Counted from the stretch's first letter, positions 7,390 through 16,172 are shown. The stretch: DNA of 31,609 bases from a virus (IMGVR_UViG_3300032330_002006:1-31609), one strand, 5' to 3'. Made by a program: numbers and translations. Notes: generated by a model from the letters alone, not told the origin.

Positions 7390-9927
7390 ATGGCCAAAAA
7401 GAAAACTCCAAACGATTCCAACAGGTTTAAGAAAACGAGAAATCGAGATACTGCAATTGATGCAAGAACTCTCGGTATGAGTGTCGAAAGTATCTCTTTT
7501 TTTAAGTTTGTAGATAAGTTGGAGAACTTGATAGAGGATGCTGAAGTAAGAGAATACAGTCCACAGGCACTAGGTCGCAAGAGAAATATGTTTCTCAACA
7601 CCCTTGCTTTGGATGAAAAGAAGTTTCAAGAGTGGGTTCAGAACCGTCTGTATCGCATCGCCTACGACAACAAGCGTTCCATATCCGACTTCACCCCAAA
7701 GGACATAGAAATAGGATTGAACAAATGGGAAGGACTCCTGAGAAACGGAGATCCAGGTTTCGGTAAGTATCAATCCCAGTTCACTGCATACAAGGAAAGA
7801 TTCTTGAAAGCAGCGGCATCTATTCTAGCAAATGCTCCATCTGGTAAGGGTTCCAGAGGAGTCGAACCACACGATGCTCCCCCTCTCCATCCAAGTGGTC
7901 AGACGATGACACCATCTGCTCTGAAGATGCAAGGCAAGGGAGCCGTAGATCCAGAGGCAGGCGCTTCTATGGCAGCCGGCGGTTCTGGAGTAGATCCAGA
8001 GCAACAGATCACACCAGAAGAAGAAACTGTATCTGCACTTGTTGCTGATATGCAGAAGGCACTGTCTCTCAAGGACAAACAATTCGTTGGTCATGTCGAG
8101 AACAAACTACTCAACAACGAGGTAGATCCAACATCCATAAATCAAGTAGAATTGCAAAAGAAACTGGATGACGATTTCCAGAATCTTCTCGATTCTATTC
8201 CAGTTGACTCTCCTATAAACGAACAAGAACAGGAAATAGAGGACATATACGCACAGTATAGAGAACGCTTCCTGTCAACTGCTGGAAAGATGTTGGTAAA
8301 GACCGCAAAGAAAGTAACAAAAGCAAACAACAAGCAGGCAGCAAAGGCAAAGTCGATAGGAGCAAAGGCAGCGGATTATGAAGCCGCTCTTTCTCTTGGT
8401 ATGACTACATTCACTGGTCAGGATCTTGAAAGCACGGGTATGGATGATAGCCATGTCGAACTTATGAAAAAGAATCCAGAACTCTATGCTGCTGGAAAGA
8501 GAATGGCGAACAACATCATCGGTATGCATCCACAACTCAAGGGCGCTGCTGTTCGTTGGATGGGTAAGGAAACCAGCACAGACGAAGTGCATCCAAACTG
8601 GCAAGGAACAGATGGAACCTCAAAGACGGATGTTATGTTTGATCTCGGAGACAAGAGAGTTAAGTTCAAGAATGGCAAATTCGTTCCTTGCGGAGAAAAG
8701 GATAAGGACGAGAACTGCTCTTCCAAGATCAAGATGTCGATGAAACTGGGTGATTCTCAATTTGCATCTGGTGGTGACAAGGAAACTATGTCAACATTTG
8801 ACCGCACTCTTGAGAACCTAAAGGGCAAGGACTATGATTTATCCGATCCAAGAAAACTATCTCATCGTCTGATTGCAGATGGTGTAGATCCACAGGAAGC
8901 AAAGGAAAAGGCACAAGCGATAGTGGAAAAGACACAGATGCTTCGTGAAGGTTTCCAGGCTCTCACCACATTCCATACTTTCAAAGGAACAGTGTCCGAC
9001 TATCAGCAGGGTGGTGTCTATTCACAAAGACCAGAGAAGGAATTCAAGCAATCCAAGAAACTGGTTGATGCTGCCGATAAGTTCGCAAAGGAAGTATCGA
9101 CCCATGTGGCGGAAATGGCAAATCTGTTTCCATCCTTTGCTTCTGAGTTTGTTTATGTCGCCATGACGGGTGATGGTAAGTTCAAGGAAGGTTCCGATAG
9201 ACAGGCTAACTACATCATCTCCACGGATCACGCAGGAGACAAGGTAATCATTCTACCAGCATCACGCGATCTTGCATCTCGTATAGCAAGCGAGATACAG
9301 ATTGTTGCAAAGGCTAAATCATCCAGCGTCAAGTCCAAGAAGGATCCACTTGTAGAGAAATATATGGCCAAGGGAATGACGAAGGAAGAGGCAGATAAGA
9401 AAGCATCTCTCGAATCACCATACCGTGTATGGCAAGTTGTCCGTGTTCTTGCATCCTCAAGAGCGCAGAAAGTCCTATCAGATCCAGCAACTGCCGCTCA
9501 TGTGCTTCAGAACAGTCGCTTGATTGCATTTGTCGATGCTATGAGAATGCTGAAGGAACAAGAACAAGAAGAAGAGATCCCAGAGGATCAGATGCCTGAT
9601 GATGCGATGATGCCTTCGGATGAAGATAGTTCTCTGGATCCAGATACTCAGGACTACATAGACGCTGCAATCGACTATGCGTTCAGTTCTTTCCAGAATA
9701 TGATCAAGTTCTTCGGTGTTGAATTCGATGGTGTTTCCAGCAACCAATACAACCTATACAATATGTTTGCCGCTGAACAACCAACCGATCTGAAAGCACA
9801 AATAAATAACAGAGTGGATGTGAACAATCAGATCGGAGATGAAGTCCAGCAAATGCGACTTCAACAAAACGAATCGAACAACTTCTTTGGTTTTAGAAAG
9901 AGGATGAAGGAGATCTATAATTTATGA
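7390..9927 (+). CDS. Large hypothetical protein with central putative PD-(D/E)xK-like domain
   Basis: 845 aa; DYE...TSKTDV...KMSMK.G.SQFASG pattern; acidic linkers. Confidence 0.75.
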   Translation: MAKKKTPNDSNRFKKTRNRDTAIDARTLGMSVESISFFKFVDKLENLIEDAEVREYSPQALGRKRNMFLNTLALDEKKFQEWVQNRLYRIAYDNKRSISDFTPKDIEIGLNKWEGLLRNGDPGFGKYQSQFTAYKERFLKAAASILANAPSGKGSRGVEPHDAPPLHPSGQTMTPSALKMQGKGAVDPEAGASMAAGGSGVDPEQQITPEEETVSALVADMQKALSLKDKQFVGHVENKLLNNEVDPTSINQVELQKKLDDDFQNLLDSIPVDSPINEQEQEIEDIYAQYRERFLSTAGKMLVKTAKKVTKANNKQAAKAKSIGAKAADYEAALSLGMTTFTGQDLESTGMDDSHVELMKKNPELYAAGKRMANNIIGMHPQLKGAAVRWMGKETSTDEVHPNWQGTDGTSKTDVMFDLGDKRVKFKNGKFVPCGEKDKDENCSSKIKMSMKLGDSQFASGGDKETMSTFDRTLENLKGKDYDLSDPRKLSHRLIADGVDPQEAKEKAQAIVEKTQMLREGFQALTTFHTFKGTVSDYQQGGVYSQRPEKEFKQSKKLVDAADKFAKEVSTHVAEMANLFPSFASEFVYVAMTGDGKFKEGSDRQANYIISTDHAGDKVIILPASRDLASRIASEIQIVAKAKSSSVKSKKDPLVEKYMAKGMTKEEADKKASLESPYRVWQVVRVLASSRAQKVLSDPATAAHVLQNSRLIAFVDAMRMLKEQEQEEEIPEDQMPDDAMMPSDEDSSLDPDTQDYIDAAIDYAFSSFQNMIKFFGVEFDGVSSNQYNLYNMFAAEQPTDLKAQINNRVDVNNQIGDEVQQMRLQQNESNNFFGFRKRMKEIYNL

Positions 9928-10424
9928 AACGAAATGTCGTACTGTTGAATGCCTCCTGCGAAGTTATTAATGTAATAGATTGGTTCAGAGCAGTGAGATT
10001 GATGATGAGTGGTAAAGCAGTTAAATCATACAATTGCCAACACCTATACGAGATACAGACGACATCTGGAGTTTACCATCTACCAAACTCCATCACACTG
10101 ATAGATTATGTGAGAATACCCTACAAAAAGGTTTCTCTGACTAGAAAGAACATCTTCTTCAGAGACAACTACACCTGCCAGTATTGTGGTGACAGAAGCA
10201 TAAAGAAGATGACAATTGACCATGTTCTACCAAGAAGTCGTGATGGAAAAGACACTTGGGAAAATCTAGTTACTTGTTGTAAGAAGTGTAATGTAAAGAA
10301 AAGAGACAGGACACCCGAAGAGGCAAGAATGTGCCTGCTTCGGAAACCAGAAAGCCTAAAGAAAGACATAACCTACGCAGAAGTAGAAAGAATACTTCAA
10401 GGAGAATTAAATGAAAACGAGTGA
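9924..10424 (+). CDS. HNH endonuclease (McrA/HNH_5-like)
   Basis: RDNYTCQYCG...TIDHVLPRSRDG..TWENLVTCCKKCN; N-terminal VVLLNAS. Confidence 0.92.
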   Translation: MKRNVVLLNASCEVINVIDWFRAVRLMMSGKAVKSYNCQHLYEIQTTSGVYHLPNSITLIDYVRIPYKKVSLTRKNIFFRDNYTCQYCGDRSIKKMTIDHVLPRSRDGKDTWENLVTCCKKCNVKKRDRTPEEARMCLLRKPESLKKDITYAEVERILQGELNENE

Positions 10425-10698
10425 TCCAGCAGCATATAGTCATATGGAGGCAATTACAAGTGCCCCAGGCTCTTCCACAGTATTGGCATATAGAGGATTT
10501 TTCATAAATTGCACAGCAAACGGAAGCGTGGCAATAACAGGAAGCACTTGGGAGAAAGTCGAAGGAACAACAGGAACCTTCAAGACGGTCACATTTACCG
10601 TCAATATGTTGGGAAACACCAACACCATACTTCCGATTTCACTGAGAACAATCAATACACTGACTCTCACATCTTGCACGCTATTCGGACTTAGATAA
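10411..10698 (+). CDS. Small Thr-rich, probably beta-strand hypothetical protein
   Basis: 95 aa; AGGAG RBS; TAATG coupling to next gene. Confidence 0.7.
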   Translation: MKTSDPAAYSHMEAITSAPGSSTVLAYRGFFINCTANGSVAITGSTWEKVEGTTGTFKTVTFTVNMLGNTNTILPISLRTINTLTLTSCTLFGLR

Positions 10699-11960
10699 TG
10701 AAATCTTTCAAGACACTCACATCATTCATAAATCTTCTGGAAGAAACAGTCAAGAAGAAAGCAAAGGCGCTAACTGGACATCTTGAGCATGTTGGCGACT
10801 ATCTGTGGTTTGGTAAGAAGGAAACAGACACACAGGAAGGAGTTCCTGTCGATCCTCACAGTGCTATAAAGCACATAGAGATGGTCCATCACAGGTTCAA
10901 GACAGGAAAGAACAAGAAAGGTCACGAACTGACTCTCAAGGCAGATGGTGGTATGAGTGTTGTTATTGGTCGTCATCACGATGGAAAGCACTTCGTTGGA
11001 TACAAGGGTATAAAGACCGCTCACGAAGGATACACAGATCACGATCAGATTGCTGCAACTGGCAAGGAACATTATGTGCGTCAATTGTCTCCTCTTCTGG
11101 ACCATGTCAAGAAGATGAAGATAAAACCAGGCACAGCGATGCAGGGTGACATCATTCATAACGCACACGATCACGATGGCACCGCTAAACCAAACACAAT
11201 CAGATACAAGATGGGTAAAGGAACCAAACTGTCCCTTGCTGTTCACTCCGAGCACGACATAGACAAGAACACTGGTGAATTCAAGAAGAAAACAAACTAT
11301 GCAGACACCAAGAGTATGCAGGCGCCAGGTGTTCACGCTCCAGATCTCGCTATGGATGAAAGAGTGAAACTCAAACTAGATCCAGAAAGATCCAAGAAGA
11401 TAGAACATCATATAAAGTCAGCAAAGGCTTTGATGAAACCAGAAACAGTCAAGTTTGCCAAATCCATTCTCGACGGCAAGACCACTCATCCTAAATTCCA
11501 CGAATTCCTATCACAATACTCCAATCACGAAGCCAGAACAACTGGCTCAAGAGATGTTGATAGAATGCGGGCCCATGTTGACACATATATGAACAAACCA
11601 TCTCAGAAGAAACTGTCACCCAAGTCACAGGAAAGCCTGAGAAAAGGATTGCACGATGCTATTAACAAGAACGAGCATCATTTCCATACTTTATTTGCAA
11701 TCCATAACCACATAACTCAAGCCAAACATCATCTTTTGGATCAAAAAGAAGAACATGGCGATCAATTCGACCTACATCCCCACGAAAGCAGTCCATATAA
11801 GACACCAAAGGGTAAGCCTGCTCACGAAGGTATGGTTTCTAGTTATAAGAACGCAAAAGGTAAAGAAACACAGGCCAAACTCACCAGAGAAGGTAAGAGA
11901 GGTTTCTCTGCGGTAAATCAGGAAGAAGCGCCTAAGAGATTCGCTCCTAAAGAGGGATAA
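10698..11960 (+). CDS. DUF6267-like, ligase-type nucleotidyltransferase-like protein
   Basis: 420 aa; HLEH, TLKADG (KxDG), MQGD, KPNTI.Y, HEGMV, AKL.R..FS..N; leader MKSFKTLTSFINLLEE. Confidence 0.75.
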   Translation: MKSFKTLTSFINLLEETVKKKAKALTGHLEHVGDYLWFGKKETDTQEGVPVDPHSAIKHIEMVHHRFKTGKNKKGHELTLKADGGMSVVIGRHHDGKHFVGYKGIKTAHEGYTDHDQIAATGKEHYVRQLSPLLDHVKKMKIKPGTAMQGDIIHNAHDHDGTAKPNTIRYKMGKGTKLSLAVHSEHDIDKNTGEFKKKTNYADTKSMQAPGVHAPDLAMDERVKLKLDPERSKKIEHHIKSAKALMKPETVKFAKSILDGKTTHPKFHEFLSQYSNHEARTTGSRDVDRMRAHVDTYMNKPSQKKLSPKSQESLRKGLHDAINKNEHHFHTLFAIHNHITQAKHHLLDQKEEHGDQFDLHPHESSPYKTPKGKPAHEGMVSSYKNAKGKETQAKLTREGKRGFSAVNQEEAPKRFAPKEG

Positions 11961-11963
11961 AGC

Positions 11964-11970
11964 ATAAATA
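11964..11970 (+). promoter_or_regulatory. Late promoter box ATAAATA
   Basis: Intergenic, followed by AAGGAG and ATG at 11989. Confidence 0.7.
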
Positions 11971-11988
11971 CAAAAAAGGAGTACCGAT

Positions 11989-12060
11989 ATGGGTTGTAAC
12001 TGTGGAAAACCTAAAACACCTAAAACACCAGCCAAACCGTCAGGTACTAAAGGAAAATAA
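11989..12060 (+). CDS. 23-aa micro-protein MGCNCG...
   Basis: MGCNCGKPKTPKTPAKPSGTKGK; own promoter and strong RBS. Confidence 0.65.
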   Translation: MGCNCGKPKTPKTPAKPSGTKGK

Positions 12061-12069
12061 GGATACTCT

Positions 12070-12477
12070 ATGAACCGTAAGCAAACATTAATGCACACCT
12101 TCAAAAAACAATTTGGAGGCGAATATGTGAGAGAAAATGGTAAATGGTTTTGGACAAACGGCACTGAAAAAAATCTAGTGTCGTATGCGTGGTTGTCTAT
12201 GAAGTTAAAGACAGAAACACCAACTGCTGTACCAGTGATAAAGACAGAACCAACCCCAGCAGTTCCAACCGTAAAGGAACACCACAAGAATGAAGTATCG
12301 GAACACAAGAACGAAACTTTGGTTAAAGATGTTGGAATCAAAGCACCTTCTGAAGAACAAAAATCCGAGACAAAAGTACAGGAACTCACGAAAAACGAAC
12401 TGAGAAGATTGAAGAGAAAAGAGAGACGAGAAAAGAAACTAGAAAACGAAGAACACCACGAAAATGAACCTGAATGA
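12070..12477 (+). CDS. Hypothetical protein
   Basis: 135 aa; AAGGA RBS; aromatic N-domain, charged low-complexity tail. Confidence 0.75.
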   Translation: MNRKQTLMHTFKKQFGGEYVRENGKWFWTNGTEKNLVSYAWLSMKLKTETPTAVPVIKTEPTPAVPTVKEHHKNEVSEHKNETLVKDVGIKAPSEEQKSETKVQELTKNELRRLKRKERREKKLENEEHHENEPE

Positions 12478-12655
12478 ACAATACGATCTGATCTCCGAAA
12501 CCCGAAGGGTATACGCAAAGAGTATGCTAAGGGAACAGGTGTCTCATTTCATAGCAGAAACAATAATGTGCATAGAAGAACAACTGAACAGAGAACTCAC
12601 TCAGGACGAGATAGAAAACATTCTAATACACCTAGCCGATGAAAACATTAACTGA
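12464..12655 (+). CDS. Small acidic hypothetical protein
   Basis: 63 aa; overlaps both neighbours; several L/I-x-E motifs. Confidence 0.7.
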   Translation: MNLNEQYDLISETRRVYAKSMLREQVSHFIAETIMCIEEQLNRELTQDEIENILIHLADENIN

Positions 12656-13718
12656 ACTATTAGAAGCAGCAAAACCTAAGCAACCCAAGCAATTGGTTGC
12701 GACTATGGGTCGTCTACAGCCTCCAACAAGAGGTCACGAACTTCTTGTCGATAAGGTGAAACAACTGGCTAGTGAAATGGGCGCAGATCACAGGATCTTT
12801 CCCAGCACAAAGGAAGGCGGAGATACACCAAAGGAAGAAAAGAAAAATCCTCTTCCATTCAAGACAAAGGTGAAGTATCTCAAGAAATTCTTTCCAAAGA
12901 CAAACATTCACAGCGAACCAAATGTTCACAATCCATTTCACCTTCTACAGCACGCTCACGACAATGGCTATCACCATGTCCATCTAGTCGTAGGTGGAGC
13001 AGAGGGTCAAAAAGGTGAAAGATTTGATGAGTTTGGTAAGCAGTTCGAAAAATACAAGACACCAAAAGGGACATACAAAATACCACACGAAAAAGGTGGT
13101 CATTTTGAGATTGGCTTAACTTTGCACTCGGCAGGAAAGAGAGATGAAAAATCATCTGGTGTCGAAGGACTGTCTGGTAGTAAAGTGAGAGATACGATAT
13201 TATCGTCCGATCACACTAACCCAAAGCATGTGGCAAGAGTTCATTCTATGTTGCCATCTGGAGCAAAACCAGAACACGCCGCTGCTCTCATCAAGGACAT
13301 AAAACACCACACTGAGAGAATGGCTAGAGAAAGAGAAGAAGCCAAAGCAGCAAGAAAAGCAGCAAAGAAAGCCGTGGTCAAAGAAAGTATTCTTCCAGAT
13401 CCCATTATGGACATCATTCTTGAGATGTTCCTTGCCGAAAAAGAAAGCAAGGAAACCCGTCGCAAGCGTGATCGCAGAATGTACGGACATGGCAAATCTC
13501 TCAGCGAATTGACACCAAAACAGCGTCAAAACCGCAAGAAGAAGAGCAAGAGAACTGTTGCGAGAAGAAAAGCCAATCGTGAAGGACGCACCGAGAAGGG
13601 TGACAGTTCTGTGGAACTAGATCACAAGAACGGAAACGCTATGGATAATGGTTCCCACAATCTAAGAGTAGTTTCCAGACATCACAACAGATCTAGAAAC
13701 AACAACAAAAATCACTAA
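12639..13718 (+). CDS. Cytidylyltransferase-like (HxGH-type) nucleotidyltransferase fused to C-terminal HNH domain
   Basis: GRLQPPTRGH, KNPL, VVG...R, SAG.RD, SGSKVR; C-terminal ELDHKNGNAMDN..HNLRVVSRHHNRSRN; leader MKTLTELLE. Confidence 0.85.
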   Translation: MKTLTELLEAAKPKQPKQLVATMGRLQPPTRGHELLVDKVKQLASEMGADHRIFPSTKEGGDTPKEEKKNPLPFKTKVKYLKKFFPKTNIHSEPNVHNPFHLLQHAHDNGYHHVHLVVGGAEGQKGERFDEFGKQFEKYKTPKGTYKIPHEKGGHFEIGLTLHSAGKRDEKSSGVEGLSGSKVRDTILSSDHTNPKHVARVHSMLPSGAKPEHAAALIKDIKHHTERMAREREEAKAARKAAKKAVVKESILPDPIMDIILEMFLAEKESKETRRKRDRRMYGHGKSLSELTPKQRQNRKKKSKRTVARRKANREGRTEKGDSSVELDHKNGNAMDNGSHNLRVVSRHHNRSRNNNKNH

Positions 13719-13721
13719 ATA
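13715..13721 (+). promoter_or_regulatory. Late promoter box CTAAATA
   Basis: Overlaps upstream TAA; GAGG RBS; ATG at 13737. Confidence 0.7.
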
Positions 13722-13736
13722 CGCCAAGAGGTTTAT

Positions 13737-14162
13737 ATGAAAAGTTTCAAGGAACTCAGAAATCTTACCGAAAAGAAATCCCTCAAGAAGGCTTGTTGGG
13801 ATGGTTATGAAGCGGTAGGGATGAAGGAAAAGGACGGTAGACAGGTTCCTAACTGTGTTCCTATCAAAGAAGAAGATGAAAAGAAACCATACAAGGGTTT
13901 CAAGAAAGGTAAGAACCATCCAGAGGGTGGACTTTCCAGAGCAGAAGCAAAAAGACAAGGTATACACGCTGGCGTAGAGACAAAAAGAGAAGCAGAGAAA
14001 AAGGGCGGGTTCGGTAAACTTTCCGATAAAACACAAGCGAGAAGAAAATCATTCTGTGCTCGTATGTGTGGAATGAAGAGAAGAAATACCAGTTCAAAGA
14101 CAGCAAGAGATCCAAAGAGTAAGATAAATGCCGCTCTCCGAGTATGGGGATGCAGATGCTAA
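13737..14162 (+). CDS. DUF6321-like protein with N-terminal CW.GY...VPNCVP motif
   Basis: KNHPEGGL...RRKSFCARM.GMK...TARDPKS.IN.ALR.WGC; leader MKSFKELRNLTE. Confidence 0.8.
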   Translation: MKSFKELRNLTEKKSLKKACWDGYEAVGMKEKDGRQVPNCVPIKEEDEKKPYKGFKKGKNHPEGGLSRAEAKRQGIHAGVETKREAEKKGGFGKLSDKTQARRKSFCARMCGMKRRNTSSKTARDPKSKINAALRVWGCRC

Positions 14163-14173
14163 AAGGAAACAAA

Positions 14174-14722
14174 ATGAACTATCATAAACTAAGAAATATT
14201 CTAGGAAACTTAAGAGAACACGCAGCAAACTCAACATACGCTGCTCCTGACAACGGTCCATCTTTGACCGATGGTTCTATCGCTGCATTCAAGTTGGAAG
14301 ATCCAGAGGTTCTTGCTCGTATAAATGCATTCCTCAAGGTATTCTGCACAGAGAGACACCAAGATCCAAAGTATGCTCTCGTAGTCCTGAGAACCAAACT
14401 CAATACTCTGGGTCTTGACTTCTCCTACGATGGACGCAGACCACTCAGTCCGAAGGAGTCCTTCCACCTGACACAGTTTGGTGGAAGAACAGGAGTTGAT
14501 GAGAAGGGCAACCAACTCAACGACTGTGGCATCTCACACAGAACTGGTGGCAGAAGTATGGAACTTTCTGTCGAGATTTCTCCTATAAATGTTGGAGATG
14601 AGAGAGAACCAGGCCCATATTATGTTCACGCGACAATACAGTATGCGAATGGTATGAATAGCGGAGATACTTCTCCAATTCAAAAAGGAGAAGCGGCGGC
14701 TTCCTTGAAGCCCAATAGATGA
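14174..14722 (+). CDS. Hypothetical protein
   Basis: Start moved to MNYHKL (AAGGA RBS upstream); leader ends NLRE. Confidence 0.75.
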   Translation: MNYHKLRNILGNLREHAANSTYAAPDNGPSLTDGSIAAFKLEDPEVLARINAFLKVFCTERHQDPKYALVVLRTKLNTLGLDFSYDGRRPLSPKESFHLTQFGGRTGVDEKGNQLNDCGISHRTGGRSMELSVEISPINVGDEREPGPYYVHATIQYANGMNSGDTSPIQKGEAAASLKPNR

Positions 14723-14733
14723 TGGAGTTGTTG

Positions 14734-15114
14734 ATGGAATTTATAAAGTTAGATGATGCGAACTATATGATGTTCGCGATGAAACACTACGAAAATCCTC
14801 AGTGCTCAAGCGTTGAGGAATTTCACGAAGATATGAATCGCATCAAATACTTGAAAAGATTGCTGAGAAAATACAAGACAACAGGTGTGTTGAGAGAACG
14901 GCTTATACTGAACCATATAATAATCTTCTACAACATCTTCGGAATAGAACCAGCAACGAGATTGCTTTTCTCAAGAATAGAAGAAGATCTACATCCATAT
15001 CTCAAGACATTCATAGTGTTTCTGAACAATCTACCGAAGCAAATACCAGAATATGATCTTTTAGTAATTCCGATGGACACAAGAATAATAGCAAAGTTGA
15101 GAAAAATAATATGA
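14734..15114 (+). CDS. Conserved T4-like phage hypothetical protein
   Basis: FAMKHYENPQC..EEF.ED..RIKYLKRLL..Y...G.LRERLILNH, a pattern I recognise from T4-like phages; GGAG at 14724 supports this start. Confidence 0.8.
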   Translation: MEFIKLDDANYMMFAMKHYENPQCSSVEEFHEDMNRIKYLKRLLRKYKTTGVLRERLILNHIIIFYNIFGIEPATRLLFSRIEEDLHPYLKTFIVFLNNLPKQIPEYDLLVIPMDTRIIAKLRKII

Positions 15115-15710
15115 AGAAACTAAAAGAAGGCGTTGAAGTAGATCAGAAGTTCCTAAAGACATTCGTGATGGATGCCATAAAGAACCCAAGGAAGTTCTAC
15201 GCACTTCTTACTCTTGCTGGTGTGAATTCCATCGAAGCATACAAGATAATGTATAATCTCAAGCATCCTAGATTGGTTTCCAGCAACTTCAGAACCAAGA
15301 TGCAGATGCTTGCTCTTCTACAGAATATAATAGAACTAATAACACACGACAGAATACTCTATTCTCGTCTACGCAGTATGGCTATGAGTGGAGATTTTGG
15401 TCATATTGCAAAGAATGTGTCACATCTTCCTCTTCGCAAGGGTTCGTTCGAACTCGATGATATAGAAGAAGACGCTGCACCAGGCGCAACTGCACCACTT
15501 GTCAGCGATTCCGCACCTACATCCATAGGAACATCGGAAATCGCAGGAGTTGCACCACCAGGTCAACAACCTTTCGTCAGCAGTAGCGTTATGAACAGAA
15601 GGAAAAACATTTCTCCAGATGTAATGGCTATGCTCAAGAAGATGTTCAACAAAGCAAAGAGCGGTAAACCAAGAGGCGGACAGAGCCCAAACATAATTCA
15701 TATGAATTGA
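15111..15710 (+). CDS. Hypothetical protein
   Basis: 199 aa; ATGA overlap; leader MKKLKE. Confidence 0.75.
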   Translation: MKKLKEGVEVDQKFLKTFVMDAIKNPRKFYALLTLAGVNSIEAYKIMYNLKHPRLVSSNFRTKMQMLALLQNIIELITHDRILYSRLRSMAMSGDFGHIAKNVSHLPLRKGSFELDDIEEDAAPGATAPLVSDSAPTSIGTSEIAGVAPPGQQPFVSSSVMNRRKNISPDVMAMLKKMFNKAKSGKPRGGQSPNIIHMN

Positions 15711-15717
15711 GGTTAAT

Positions 15718-16152
15718 ATGACACCAGAACTATTGTCGCTTATAGGCGGAGGAGTGACTGGATTTATTTTTCGTCATATGGCTGAGAAGAGAGTAGCGGA
15801 ACAAGAGAACTTCAAGCGTCTCATAGAGATGATAAACATACGAGAGAAGAGCGTAGAAGCGGCGGTAAAGAGAGTTCCTGTCGATGCTGGTAAGACAGTA
15901 AGACAGATCATAGTCCTTATGGTTCTATTTGGAACCATCGCAGCACCATTCGTACTCCCGTTCTTCGATATACCAACAGTAGTGGAAGTCCCTGTTACAT
16001 ATCCAGAATGGCTATTCGGTCTGATCCCAGAAAGAAAAGAAACAATATTCCAGACAGTAAATGGCTATCTCTTCACCAAGGAAAATAGAGAGATACTGCT
16101 CAGTATAGTTGGTTTCTATTTTGGTTCAGCAGCGGGTGGAAACAGAACCTAA
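15718..16152 (+). CDS. Membrane protein, holin-like candidate
   Basis: 144 aa; 2-3 hydrophobic segments, C-terminal ILLSIVGFYFG. Confidence 0.6.
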   Translation: MTPELLSLIGGGVTGFIFRHMAEKRVAEQENFKRLIEMINIREKSVEAAVKRVPVDAGKTVRQIIVLMVLFGTIAAPFVLPFFDIPTVVEVPVTYPEWLFGLIPERKETIFQTVNGYLFTKENREILLSIVGFYFGSAAGGNRT

Positions 16153-16155
16153 ATA
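16149..16155 (+). promoter_or_regulatory. Late promoter box CTAAATA
   Basis: Overlaps upstream TAA; AAGGAG RBS; ATG at 16173. Confidence 0.7.
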
Positions 16156-16172
16156 TAGAAAAGGAGACAGTA

